NCBI GenBank assembly: GCA_964016885.1
Contig: OZ024748.1
Location: 29,016,001-29,080,000 of the forward strand
Source of the DNA: Eledone cirrhosa
Taxonomy: Eukaryota
DNA length: 64,000 nt
Direction of reading: 5' to 3'
The translations under genes were made by a program, and so were the position numbers. This document shows, piece after piece, positions 1 to 11,690 of the stretch (position 1 is the stretch's first letter; every line of letters begins with the position of its first letter). Under the pieces are notes generated by a model. That model did no database searches and was not told the DNA's origin. It saw only the letters and a program-made list of their open reading frames with translations.

Positions 1-355
1 TCTAGAGATCGCTATCCGCTTAATTTTGCGTCATTCGATCGCCAATACAGAATTATAACCAGTCAGATCTTCGGAGCATGCGAGAATGAAGAAAATACAC
101 AGGCAAGAAAAGAAAAGAAAATATGGAGTAGTTATGGCATTCAATTAGAACAATAACAACAACAATTATTACAACAATGCTATCAATAAACTATTTAAGG
201 AGACCCTGGTGGGGGGTATATAATGTATCTAATGTTACGGCATGAAAGTCAGCTGTCATAAGGCAAAAAGTATCGTAGTGTGTATCAATTTTAAATTATA
301 AAGATAAGCTATATATGTATATATATATATGTATGTATATATATATATATGTATG

Positions 356-386
<31 letters not shown>

Positions 387-444
387 ATATATATATATAT
401 ATGTATGTATATATATATGTGTATATATATATATGTATGTATGT

Positions 445-799
445 ATATTGTTATACTTGGGGAGGGTCATATTTGTATAATATTGCCAGAATTAATAACA
501 GAACACACTCACTGTTTGGTTGGTTTTCGCTTTTCGCTTCTGTGTCTTTTATATCGGTAATCTAATTTATTTGGTCCTCAATGTTGCCATTGACTGACCG
601 ACGGTCAAAAATAATACAGATATAATATAGACACAAACACATATATATAGTTTATCAAAGTTCTTTCGTTGCACATCTGCAACAGCGTCAGTGGTGCTAT
701 TGTTTCCTCCCGTTACATTGTATGTCTACGCCATTTTTATTTAGTCTGTCTATATATTTATTTATTTATTTGTTTGTTTGTCCCCAAGTATAACAATAT
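445..799. mobile_element. Small element bounded by 19-bp inverted repeats (MITE- or HINE-like)
   Basis: ATATTGTTATACTTGGGGA (445-463) is the reverse complement of TCCCCAAGTATAACAATAT (781-799). Interior is non-coding. Confidence 0.5.
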
Positions 800-862
800 T
801 GGTTTCGACACACGATTTCATATAAAAAACCTCGCAAAACTAATTCATCGCCGTTATGTATG

Positions 863-893
<31 letters not shown>

Positions 894-914
894 ATATATA
901 TATATATATATATA

Positions 915-1012
915 TGCGAGCAAGACAACCACTGTTGCCTCAAGTGGGAAAACCCCCGTCCAAACCCATGCAAGCGTGGAACATGGACGTTAGACGATGA
1001 TGATGATGATGA
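915..1012 (+). mobile_element. RTE family A 3' tail fragment with (GAT)n
   Basis: Matches the 3'UTR end of the RTE-A copies at 16325-16408 and 37079-37160. Confidence 0.85.
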
Positions 1013-1037
1013 TATATATCTATGTATATATATATAT

Positions 1038-1617
1038 GTCAGGTCACCAGTTGGTGCTACTGGTAACATGTATCCCAGTACAACCTGTCTCATGGTCGGG
1101 TCGTTGGCGACTGAACTGGCAACCCCACCAAGGTTTCTTGGTGAGGTGGGTGACTTTGGACATCCTGCAGGACTAAAAACAAAACCATTCAAAGGGCAAA
1201 GGAGCTCTTAAGAGTCAATGGCCATCCAAAATCACCAGCAGAATTCTAGGAGAAGGAAAACTCTGATATAACACCTGCAACCCTGATGGTATCCAATGAT
1301 GTTGACTTGTTCTTCTTTTTGGTAAATATCATCTTGGTTAAGAGAGTGGGACTGGCTTTGTGCAGTGCCTTTGCTCACTATAAAAGCTTCACGGCACAGG
1401 CATTGCTTTATATCTGGAGATCTCTCTGCACTTGTCGTCACATGATACCATGGGCCCAGCACTATGTGCCAATAATTGTCACAAGTATAGTGTTTGTACC
1501 AGAGTTTTCAAGTCGCTGGCTGGACTAAAAAGTCACACTCGTTCAGCGCATCGGTAGGGGTTCTCCTACATGGATATAAAGTAGTGGCCGTACTCGAAAA
1601 CGAGTTGGCAACCACCA
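1038..1617. repeat. ~580-bp dispersed non-coding repeat, copy 1
   Basis: Near-identical to 11127-11689. Lacks a ~31-bp segment present in copy 2. Confidence 0.85.
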
Positions 1618-1631
1618 TATGTATATATATA

Positions 1632-2479
1632 TCATCATCATCATCATCATCAACGTTTAACGTCCGTGTTCCACGCTTGCATGGGTTTGGATGGGGGTAG
1701 TCCCACTTGAGGCAAGAGTGATTGTCTTGCTCGCATAGGACTGTCTGGCAGGTTTTCTACAGTTGGATGCCCTTCCTAACACCAACCACATTTACAGTGT
1801 GGGTCTGGGAGGTTTTTACCGTGTTGCCTACACGGCCACATTGCAGTGTGGACTGTGTGTTTTTTTGTCGTGACACCTACACGATCTCATTTGTTTCGGC
1901 CTGGATGGCGCGGCACCAACATAACTTTACATAGAACGGGGTGGTGTGGATTGGGTGGGGGTGGGGGTGGTGGGACGGGGTATTTTGTTAGAGATGCCTA
2001 CTGGCTGTAGTAGGTTTTACTATGTATTTAGGTAAGGCGGGTCTTCTCTGTTACTGAGTACCGCCAAAGGTCTCGGTCCAGTGACATTGTCTTGGAGAGG
2101 TGTAAGTGTGTGAGGTCGGAGTTTATCAGCTCGTCCCAGGTTTTTCTAGGTCTGCCTATTCCGTGGCTACCGTCTATCTTTATTGCCCTGCACTTTGTTA
2201 TACAGCTATCGACTTTCATGCGCATCACGTGTCCATACCAACGTAGCCTTCTCTCGAGTAAACAACATCTGATCCCTCTTATTTCTAATTTTTTCCTTAG
2301 TTCGTTTATGCTTTGCCGTTCACGTATATTACTGTTACACATCCAGCGGAGCATGCAAGCTTCGTTCCTCTCTAGTCTGCGTATATCCTCTGCACACAAT
2401 GCCCAGGTCTCACTGCCATGCAACCCAGGTCTCACTGCCATGCAACATTGCTGTTCGTATGCAGGCATCGTACAACCTG

Positions 2480-2482
<3 letters not shown>
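1632..2482 (-). mobile_element. 5'-truncated RTE family A LINE
   Basis: C-terminal [12 protein letters not shown]...GRPRKTW...EKTRLT, 3'UTR and (GAT)n tail. Internal 22-bp duplication near 2402-2445. Confidence 0.92.
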
Positions 2483-2527
<45 letters not shown>

Positions 2528-2580
2528 CTATATATATATATATATATATATGTACGTATGTATATATATATATATGTATG

Positions 2581-2622
<42 letters not shown>

Positions 2623-2817
2623 TGTAGATAATTTAATATATCAACTAACATAGGCGCACAGATGCACGTCCATGCCAGCAAATACACAGGTTATGTCATA
2701 GTACCTAGGTGGTTCAATGCAGGAGGGTGCAGAACAATAATATAAAAGACGTAAGATGAGAAAATATTTTTTAAAGAATTTTTAAAATTTTTTTTTTACT
2801 TTCTTACTTAAATTTTC

Positions 2818-2899
2818 ACTCCAACTAATTAGTTTCTGCAATGGGATAAAGACAGTTACGTAATCCAACTGTCGAGAATTCATTGCGTCATCAGGGAGT
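2818..2899 (-). ncRNA. Type I hammerhead ribozyme (array copy 1)
   Basis: ACUCC-CUGAUGA-cGCAAUG..GACAGUU/AACUGUC..CAUUGCa-GAAA-CUAAUUAG-UU^GGAGU. Confidence 0.8.
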
Positions 2900-3371
2900 C
2901 TATTCTCAGCTGAGTCTCCAGGCAATGCGCGGACACTGGCGGCTCATATAAAAATAATAATAATTCGGTAGAAAGAACAGCTGGCGAGGACTGGATTCCA
3001 TGTACTGAAATTCTCACTGCTTCTAGTCAAATGGCCGATTCTAAAGAATCAATCACGTGACACAGAGGCTAGTTAGAAGGAATGGGATGGTAAGATGACT
3101 GACGCCTACTAACACCCCAACAAAATTTGGAAGTGGTTTTGGCAGGTTTGCTCGACAAATCAGTGATTTGGAGATAAATATAGATAATTTAATATATCAA
3201 CTAACATAGGCGCACAGATGCACGTCCATGCCAGCAAATACACAGGTTATGTCATAGTACCTAGGTGGTTCAATGCAGGAGGGTGCAGAACAATAATATA
3301 AAAGACGTAAGATGAGAAAATATTTTTTAAAGAATTTTTTAAATTTTTTTTACTTTCTTACTTAAATTTTC

Positions 3372-3453
3372 ACTCCAACTAATTAGTTTCTGCAATGGGA
3401 TAAAGACAGTTACGTAATCCAACTGTCGAGAATTCATTGCGTCATCAGGGAGT
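3372..3453 (-). ncRNA. Type I hammerhead ribozyme (array copy 2)
   Basis: Identical motif to 2818-2899. Confidence 0.8.
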
Positions 3454-4215
3454 CTATTCTCAGCTGAGTCTCCAGGCAATGCGCGGACACTGGCGGCTCA
3501 TATAAAAATAATAATAATTCGGTAGAAAGAACAGCTGGCGAGGACTGGATTCCATGTACTGAAATTCTCACTGCTTCTAGTCAAATGGCCGATTCTAAAG
3601 AATCAATCACGTGACACAGAGGCTAGTTAGAAGGAATGGGATGGTAAGATGACTGACGCCTACTAACACCCCAACAAAATTTGGAAGTGGTTGGATTACG
3701 TAACTGTCTTTATCCCATTGCAGAAACTAATTAGTTGGAGTGAAAATTTAAGTAAGAAAGTAAAAAAAAAATTTTAAAAATTCTTTAAAAAATATTTTCT
3801 CATCTTACGTCTTTTATATTATTGTTCTGCACCCTCCTGCATTGAACCACCTAGGTACTATGACATAACCTGTGTATTTGCTGGCATGGACGTGCATCTG
3901 TGCGCCTATGTTAGTTGATATATTAAATTATCTATATTTATCTCCAAATCACTGATTTGTCGAGCAAACCTGCCAAAACCACTTCCAAATTTTGTTGGGG
4001 TGTTAGTAGGCGTCAGTCATCTTACCATCCCATTCCTTCTAACTAGCCTCTGTGTCACGTGATTGATTCTTTAGAATCGGCCATTTGACTAGAAGCAGTG
4101 AGAATTTCAGTACATGGAATCCAGTCCTCGCCAGCTGTTCTTTCTACCGAATTATTATTATTTTTATATGAGCCGCCAGTGTCCGCGCATTGCCTGGAGA
4201 CTCAGCTGAGAATAG

Positions 4216-4297
4216 ACTCCCTGATGACGCAATGAATTCTCGACAGTTGGATTACGTAACTGTCTTTATCCCATTGCAGAAACTAATTAGTTGGAGT
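4216..4297 (+). ncRNA. Type I hammerhead ribozyme (inverted array copy)
   Basis: Same motif on the + strand. A 3'-half copy lies at 3690-3741. Confidence 0.8.
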
Positions 4298-4428
4298 GAA
4301 AATTTAAGTAAGAAAGTAAAAAAAAAATTTTAAAAATTCTTTAAAAAATATTTTCTCATCTTACGTCTTTTATATATATATATGTATGTATATATATATA
4401 TGTATGTTTATATATATATATATATATG

Positions 4429-4469
<41 letters not shown>

Positions 4470-4484
4470 ATATATATATGTATG

Positions 4485-4517
<33 letters not shown>

Positions 4518-4687
4518 ATATATATATGTATATATATATATGTATATATATATGTATATATGTATATATATGTATATATGTATATATATATATATATATA
4601 TAACTTTGAATAACTTTGAAATGTTTTGGCCAGTATTGGCCCAGGCCATGTCTAACTTAATAGCACCACCTGGCGAAGTCTTTCAAT

Positions 4688-7600
4688 TCAGGATTTGGGC
4701 ACCATGGCCCATTCGAGAAGAGAATTACTGTTTGTGGAGACATATCCGGGTGTGGGTGGTTTGTCCGGGATTACTTGGAGGAATTTGTCCAAAGACTTCT
4801 TGAATTTTGTGTGGTCAGTTTCTGTTTTGACGTGTCCTGGTGTGATGTTGAAGAGAGCAGGGCCAATTGAGGTGAAATAATTGTGCCGTATTGTTGTTAT
4901 GAGTTGCGATTTAGATTTTTGAATGGGACGGATAGCACGGGACCCAAGCCTTGGGTGTATCTTGAAGGCGATGCCAACATCATTTGGGCAGTGATGATGG
5001 AACATTTTCCACATCATGCAGATAATATAACGCTCACGGCGACGTTGGAGTGAGTAAAGTTTCAGGTTTTCTAGTCGACCCCAGTAGTCAAGGTCTGACA
5101 TGCCATCTATCTTTTTCGTGATTGCCCTTTGAGGAGCTTCAAGTTTCATGATACTTTGTTTCGTGTGGGGAGACCACAGTGGACAACAGTATTCAAGGTG
5201 TGGTCGGGCAAAAGTAGAGAAGAGAAGGATAATGGTGTGGGAATCTCTCGACTGGAAGGTTCTGAGGATCCAGGAACACATTCTGCGGGCCATGTCAACT
5301 TTGCTGCTTATATGCGTGGCCCAGATTATGTTGCTGTCCACGGTTACTCCCAAGTCTCTGATGTTGTTAGATGCCACGAGAGTTTCCCCGGAGGGAAGGG
5401 AGTACGGGAGTTTCAGAGCATCCTCTTTTCCAAAGTGGATCAGTTCGAATTTGTCTTCGTTCAGTAACATGTTGTTCTTTTCCGCCCATTGGGTAACAGC
5501 CAGTAGATCTGACTGAAGGCTTATCCGGTCATCCACGCCATTGATGACCTTTTGGAGCTTGGAATCATCAGCGAAAATTTTAATGTTGCTGTGTTTGATG
5601 ATGTCAGTGATGTCATTAATATAGGTGATGAAGAGAAGTGGGCCCAACACAGTGCCTTGTGGGACCCCACTACTGACTTTGGCTGGGCTGGATTTGACTC
5701 CTTCAACTACAACATGTTGGGTTCTATTTGACAGGAAGCTCTTGATCCACTGCAGCAGCTTTCCAGTGACACCAATATTGGACAGCTTTCTCAGTAGAAT
5801 GTTATGATCAACCCTGTCAAAGGCCTTGCTGAAATCAAGGTAGATAACATCAGTGTTGGAACCCTCTCCCAAGGCTCTCAAAATGTCATCAAAGTGATGC
5901 AGTAGCTGCGTCAGGCAATCCCTTCCATTACGGAATCCATGCTGGTTGGAGTTCAGCATATTGTTACTCTCAAGGAAGTGGGTCATTCGCGATCTCACCA
6001 CTCTCTCAAATACCTTAATGATATGAGAGGTGAGTGAGATTGGACGGTAATTCACGGCAAGGGATTTGTTTCCCTTTTTGAAAACTGGGACAACAGACTG
6101 GGATAGAAGGTTTTCTGGCACATATCCAGCATCCAGTGAGTTCCGCCACAGATTGGCAAGAGGAGATGCAAGTTGGTGTTGACACGCCTTCAAGACACAA
6201 GCAGGGAACCTATCGGGACCTACTGCTGAATTATGCTTGATTTCCTTTATTGCCGCTAAGACATCAGGGGCGCCAAACGTTATGTCCGATAAGGTGTAAT
6301 GGGGAGTAACATCGCCGATACAGCCCAGATCGGCCATATCAGGATTGCTGAAAACAGAGCAGTATTGTTTCTGCAGTATCTCACCCATGGTTTTAGCATT
6401 GTCTTGAAGAGTGCCATTTTCATCAATTAGAGGGCCAACAGTAGAGCCAGTGATTTTGTGTTTTTTTGCAAATGAAAAGAACACTTTGTGATTGAGTTTG
6501 ATCTTCTCAATGGCCCAGGCCTCTTCAGCTCTTCTCTGATTGTTGATGAGGGACATTATGTTGTTTTGGAGGTTATGTTTTTTAATCTCTAGTGATGAAA
6601 TGGCAGTCAAGTTGATGTGTTGCTGCTGACAGTATTTCAGCTTGTTGATTTTTTTGTTCGTTCTCTTAATTTTTCTGATGAGCGTTTTTCTATTTCTAGG
6701 GATTCTGCTCTTAGATTTGTTTATAGTTCTTAATGGGGTGTGCGTTGCACATATGTTTGTAACAGTGTCCACAAATGTCTGCCAGGACTTTTTGATGTTA
6801 GTGGGTGTATGAGTGTGCGTGAAGGACCAGTCAACATGTGCAAGATCATGACTGATCGCTTCCCAGTTTGCATTGTGGAAATCCATAGCGTCAAACGGAT
6901 GGACAGGAGAGATGACATTGGGTTTGTATATTGGACGGTGGAATCTCAGATCACAGAGAACCATGTCATGATCAGAGAGTAGAGTTTTCTCTACTGCAAT
7001 ATTGTGGATATTGTCAGTGTGATTGCTGAAAATTAAGTCTAGGACGTTTTTGTGGCACCTCGTTGGTTCGAGCACCAGTTGGGATAGGAAGAAATCATCC
7101 ATGAAGTCAAGAAGCGATTCCACTGCTTCCCTGTCAGAGGTTGAGGCAGAAGAACCTGGTGGCAGGCTGTTTGTGGACCAGTCAACTCCGGGGAGGTTGA
7201 AGTCCCCCATCATTAAGATGTTGTCAGGGTGACACTCTTGGATGAAGCACTTTATGCTGTTGAGGCATTCCTTGAAGCATGGTACAGGCGTTTGGGGTGG
7301 CCTATAGAGCCCAACTACTATTAGGTTGTTGGTTTGACTGAATACAGTGACTGCTTCACAGTATCCATTAGTGAATATGTTCATAGCCTCTGTTGAGAAA
7401 GAATTATGGACATAAATGGCAGTCCCGCCCTTTCTTCTGCCAGCGCGATCAGCACGGATGGCTTTGAAATTTTTCACTTTCACCTCGGCTTCCAAGTGGA
7501 GGTTACTGAGATGGGTTTCAGTGAGGACGAAGAAAGGGATGTGGTTTGGATGGACATCAATCCAGTCCTCCAGGAATTTGATCTTCCATTTTTGAGTATT

Positions 7601-7825
7601 GGTGGAAGGGCTGATGCCTTGGGCGTTAAGCAAAAATGTAGAGGCGAGAGTGGATGGTTTTAATTGTTTTGGTGTGTTGTTAATTTGTTTGTTTGTTAAT
7701 GGCAGCAATGGGAGTTTGTGCAGTGGGGTGATAGTGGAGGGTGGTGCTGGGTGATAGCTCGAATGTTTTTTTCCAGTTCTTTTGCCAGATTCATTATGGC
7801 TAAAAAAGAGGAAGAAGTTTCCTGT
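4688..7825 (-). CDS. CR1-like ORF2: APE endonuclease + reverse transcriptase (no ATG before the endonuclease)
   Basis: LTETHL, GDFN, LDL, SDH; [25 protein letters not shown]. Frame is open from 7825 to the stop at 4688. Confidence 0.92.
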   Translation of the reverse strand, partial: TGNFFLFFSHNESGKRTGKKHSSYHPAPPSTITPLHKLPLLPLTNKQINNTPKQLKPSTLASTFLLNAQGISPSTNTQKWKIKFLEDWIDVHPNHIPFFVLTETHLSNLHLEAEVKVKNFKAIRADRAGRRKGGTAIYVHNSFSTEAMNIFTNGYCEAVTVFSQTNNLIVVGLYRPPQTPVPCFKECLNSIKCFIQECHPDNILMMGDFNLPGVDWSTNSLPPGSSASTSDREAVESLLDFMDDFFLSQLVLEPTRCHKNVLDLIFSNHTDNIHNIAVEKTLLSDHDMVLCDLRFHRPIYKPNVISPVHPFDAMDFHNANWEAISHDLAHVDWSFTHTHTPTNIKKSWQTFVDTVTNICATHTPLRTINKSKSRIPRNRKTLIRKIKRTNKKINKLKYCQQQHINLTAISSLEIKKHNLQNNIMSLINNQRRAEEAWAIEKIKLNHKVFFSFAKKHKITGSTVGPLIDENGTLQDNAKTMGEILQKQYCSVFSNPDMADLGCIGDVTPHYTLSDITFGAPDVLAAIKEIKHNSAVGPDRFPACVLKACQHQLASPLANLWRNSLDAGYVPENLLSQSVVPVFKKGNKSLAVNYRPISLTSHIIKVFERVVRSRMTHFLESNNMLNSNQHGFRNGRDCLTQLLHHFDDILRALGEGSNTDVIYLDFSKAFDRVDHNILLRKLSNIGVTGKLLQWIKSFLSNRTQHVVVEGVKSSPAKVSSGVPQGTVLGPLLFITYINDITDIIKHSNIKIFADDSKLQKVINGVDDRISLQSDLLAVTQWAEKNNMLLNEDKFELIHFGKEDALKLPYSLPSGETLVASNNIRDLGVTVDSNIIWATHISSKVDMARRMCSWILRTFQSRDSHTIILLFSTFARPHLEYCCPLWSPHTKQSIMKLEAPQRAITKKIDGMSDLDYWGRLENLKLYSLQRRRERYIICMMWKMFHHHCPNDVGIAFKIHPRLGSRAIRPIQKSKSQLITTIRHNYFTSIGPALFNITPGHVKTETDHTKFKKSLDKFLQVIPDKPPTPGYVSTNSNSLLEWAMVPKS

Positions 7826-8847
7826 TTAGAAGACTGTTGGTGACTGTGGTAGTGGTTATTTTTATGTAGGTTATGGTTTTTGTTTTTGCTTTTATTTTTA
7901 ATTTTATTTTCATTTATCCGACGGGTCCCCGGGAGATGGGTAAAGGGACAATCCCGGTCTAAACACAATCTGTCTCGCAGGGAAAAGCGGCAGATTTGTG
8001 GATTCCTTGTTTGAGTTATTGGTGGTTGTGTTGGTGTTAAATTAGAGTATGTATTATGGTGGTGGCTGTTTGTGGGGATAGATCGTTTTGTCCTAGGTAA
8101 ATGGGTGAATTTGCAGCCACTATCCGTACATATTCTATAGCGTAGAGAGTAGCGGCAAATGATGGGGTTTCGAGTGGGTGGGTATGTGGGTGTGTGTGTT
8201 GTGAGAGGTGTAGATGATGGTTTGAGTAGAATTTGACGACCTTTGTGGACTGTGGGAGGGAGAGTTCTTGTTCTGGTATTAGAAGGTAAATTCCTTGAAA
8301 TAGCAGTAGCCAAAGATGTTGTAGTAGTAGTAGTAGGCAGAGAAGATGTTGGCAGTGGTAATGATTGGACTGCTGGGCCAGAGAAAGGATGTGGCGTTTC
8401 CTGCTGTGAGACAGAGGCTACTGGGAGGTCAATAGTTTCATTTAGTAGATCGGCCATTGTTGATGAATCAAGGAGTGGTTCACACTGTTGTTGTTGTTGT
8501 CGTTGTTGTTGTTGCTGTTGTTGTTACTGTTGTAGCTGTTGTTGTTGTTGCCGTTGTAGCTGCTGTTGTTGTTGTTGCTGCTGCTGCTGGACAGCATTCG
8601 AAGAAAAAACACACTGTAGTTTATCCAAATGTTTATTGATTAATTTAAAAGCAATTTCGATTTGCTTTAATTTATTTTGAATCTGTTGTTCAGATCGAGT
8701 TTTCAAAAGTTGAACTGTACGTTTAGCAATGTCGTTCAGACATGAAGCATCTATGTCTTCTGTTTGGGTAAGGCAATGCCATGTGTTTATTAGAATGTCG
8801 ATTTCATTATCAGACCAGTTCTGTTTGGATTTTTGCTGGTTAGCCAT
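7696..8847 (-). pseudogene. CR1-like ORF1: Myb/SANT-like N-terminus, polyQ, two CCCH zinc fingers; one in-frame TAA in the polyQ
   Basis: Track ORFs 8524..9027 and 7696..8457 are the same frame, split by CAA>TAA at 8524-8526. ATG at 8847. C-x8-C-x4-C-x3-H occurs twice. Confidence 0.75.
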
Positions 8848-8879
8848 TCTAGTTTTGAGTGTGTATATATATATGTATG

Positions 8880-8970
<91 letters not shown>

Positions 8971-8975
8971 GTATA

Positions 8976-9582
8976 TCATCATCATCATCATCATCACCGT
9001 TTTACGTCCGTTCTTCCACGCTAGCATGGGTTAAACGGGTTGTCCTGTTGTGGGCAGTGTCTGGTCGGCTGACCATGCCTTGCTCATACAGGAACTGATC
9101 TGGCTTGATTTCTACAGCTGGATGCCCTTCCTAACACCAACCTCATTTACAGTGAGTGCTGGGTGCTTTTTCGTGGCGCCTACACGTCCACTTTACAGTG
9201 TGGGCTGGGTGCTTTTTTGCCGTGGCACCTCCACGACCACCTTGCGGTGGGGGGAGTGGGGGCATATTGTTTATATGCTTCAGCATGTACCCATGGGAGG
9301 TCGGGTACCCTGTATTACTGCGTGACGCCAGAAGTCACGGTCGTGTGTCATTGACTTTGAGAGGTGTAGTTGGGTAAGGTCGGCTTTTATCACCTCATCC
9401 CAAGTCAGCTTGGGTCTCCCCACTCCGCGGTTTCCATCAACTTCTAGTGCTCTGCACCTTTTTATGCAGCTGTCATCCTTCATACGCATCACATGTCCAT
9501 ACCAGCGTAACCGCCTCTCCTGCACGCAGCATTTGATTCCTCTTATGCTCAGTCTCTCTCTCAATTCCTTTATGCTTTGTCG
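8976..9582 (-). mobile_element. 5'-truncated RTE family B LINE
   Basis: C-terminus ...TRPPMGTC, 3'UTR, (GAT)n tail. Confidence 0.9.
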
Positions 9583-9599
9583 TATATATATATATGTCG

Positions 9600-9630
<31 letters not shown>

Positions 9631-9663
9631 GTATATATATATATGTATATATATATATGTATG

Positions 9664-9700
<37 letters not shown>

Positions 9701-9767
9701 GTATATATATATGTATGTATATATATATATGTATGTATATATATATATGTATGTATATATATATCTG

Positions 9768-9822
<55 letters not shown>

Positions 9823-9999
9823 GTATATATATATGTGTATATATGTATGTATATATATATGTATATATATATGTATATATATATGTGTATATATGTATGT
9901 ATATATATATATATATGTATGTATATATATATATGTATGTATATATATATATATATGTATGTATATATATATATATATGTATGTATTTATATATATATG

Positions 10000-10057
<58 letters not shown>

Positions 10058-10160
10058 AATATCTGTATATGTATGTATATATATATTTTTTTACGTCCGC
10101 TTTTCCCTGCTTGCAAGGATATATATATATGTATATGTATGTATGTATGTATATATATAT

Positions 10161-10302
10161 GTAACCTAAGGGCAGCAGCAACAAACTCGCTCTTAGACCA
10201 GTGGCCAACCTATACAGGCTGGAGATAAAATGTGTAGCAACAAGGGCTATGCTCCAGCATGGCCTCAGCCGGACGGCTGAAACAGGTAAAAGAGTAAAAG
10301 AG
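10161..10302 (+). mobile_element. 3' end fragment of a CR1/L2-type LINE or SINE
   Basis: GCTCCAGCATGGCC..hairpin..GAAACAGG(TAAAAGAG)x2 terminal repeat between TA tracts. Confidence 0.5.
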
Positions 10303-10314
10303 TATGTATGTATG

Positions 10315-10435
<121 letters not shown>

Positions 10436-10456
10436 GTATATATATATATTTATATG

Positions 10457-10519
<63 letters not shown>

Positions 10520-10622
10520 GTATGTATATATATGTATATATATATATGTATATATATATATTTATATGTATATATATATGTATGTATATATATGTATATA
10601 TATGTATGTATATATATGTATC

Positions 10623-10655
<33 letters not shown>

Positions 10656-10730
10656 GTATGTATATATATGTATATATATATGTATGTATATATATGTATA
10701 TATGTATATATATATGTATGTATATATATG

Positions 10731-10815
<85 letters not shown>

Positions 10816-11000
10816 GTATATATATGTATAAATATATATATATATGTATGTATGTATATATATGTATAAATATATATATATATGTATGTATGTATATATA
10901 TGTATAAATATATATATATATCTATGTATGTATATATATGTATAAATATATATATATATGTATGTATGTATATATATGTATAAATATATATATATATATG

Positions 11001-11057
<57 letters not shown>

Positions 11058-11060
11058 ATG

Positions 11061-11092
<32 letters not shown>

Positions 11093-11126
11093 TATATGTA
11101 TGTATATATATATGTATATATATATA

Positions 11127-11689
11127 CTTGTCTCATAGTCGGGTCGTTGGCGACTAAACTGGCAACCCCACCAAGGTTTCTTAGTGACGAGGGTGACTTT
11201 GGACATCCTGCAGGACTAAAAACAAAACCTGTCAAAGAGCAAAGGAGCTCTTAAGAGTCAATGGCCATCCAAAATCACCGGGAGAGATGACCCCTTAGCC
11301 TTTGTCAAGGCAGAATTCTAGGAGAAGGAAAACTCTGATATAATACCTGCAACCCTGATGGTATCCAATGATGTTGACTTGTTCTTCTTTTTGGTAAATA
11401 TCATCTTGGTTAAGAGAGTGGGACTGGCTTTGTGCAGTGCCTTTGCTCACTATAAAAGCTTCACGGCACAGGCATTGCTATATATCTGGAGATCTCTCTT
11501 CACTTGTCGTCACATGATACCATGGGCCCAGCACTATGTGCCAATAATTGTCACAAGTGCAGTGTTTGTACCAGAGTTTTCAAGTCGCTGGCTGGACTAA
11601 AAAGTCACACTCGTTCAGCGCATCGGTAGGGGTTCTCCTACATGGATATAAAGTAGTGGCCATACTCGAAAACGAGTTGGCAGCCACCA
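11127..11689. repeat. ~580-bp dispersed non-coding repeat, copy 2
   Basis: Near-identical to 1038-1617, with the same right end. Confidence 0.85.
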
Positions 11690-11690
11690 T

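Larger units (their letters stand above)
2624..4373. mobile_element. Tandem + inverted array of a ~555-bp hammerhead-containing unit (retrozyme / Penelope-like pLTR)
   Basis: ~1.9 copies at 2624-3692 (period 554), then inverted ~1.2 copies at 3690-4373 (period 556). Non-coding, with one hammerhead per unit. Confidence 0.85.
4601..8862 (-). mobile_element. Near full-length CR1-clade LINE inserted in (TA)n
   Basis: ORF1 + APE-RT ORF2. Short 3'UTR ending in a (TTCAAAGTTA)x2 terminal repeat. TA tracts on both sides. Confidence 0.88.

Noticed and set aside
1-80. Possible hammerhead (ATGCTCCGAAGA on the - strand, 12 nt shared with 27128-27139)
   Set aside because: GAAA and stem III would lie outside the window, so it cannot be supported.
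8243-8680. Poly-Cys and poly-Val ORFs
   Set aside because: Antisense readings of the ORF1 polyQ tract.
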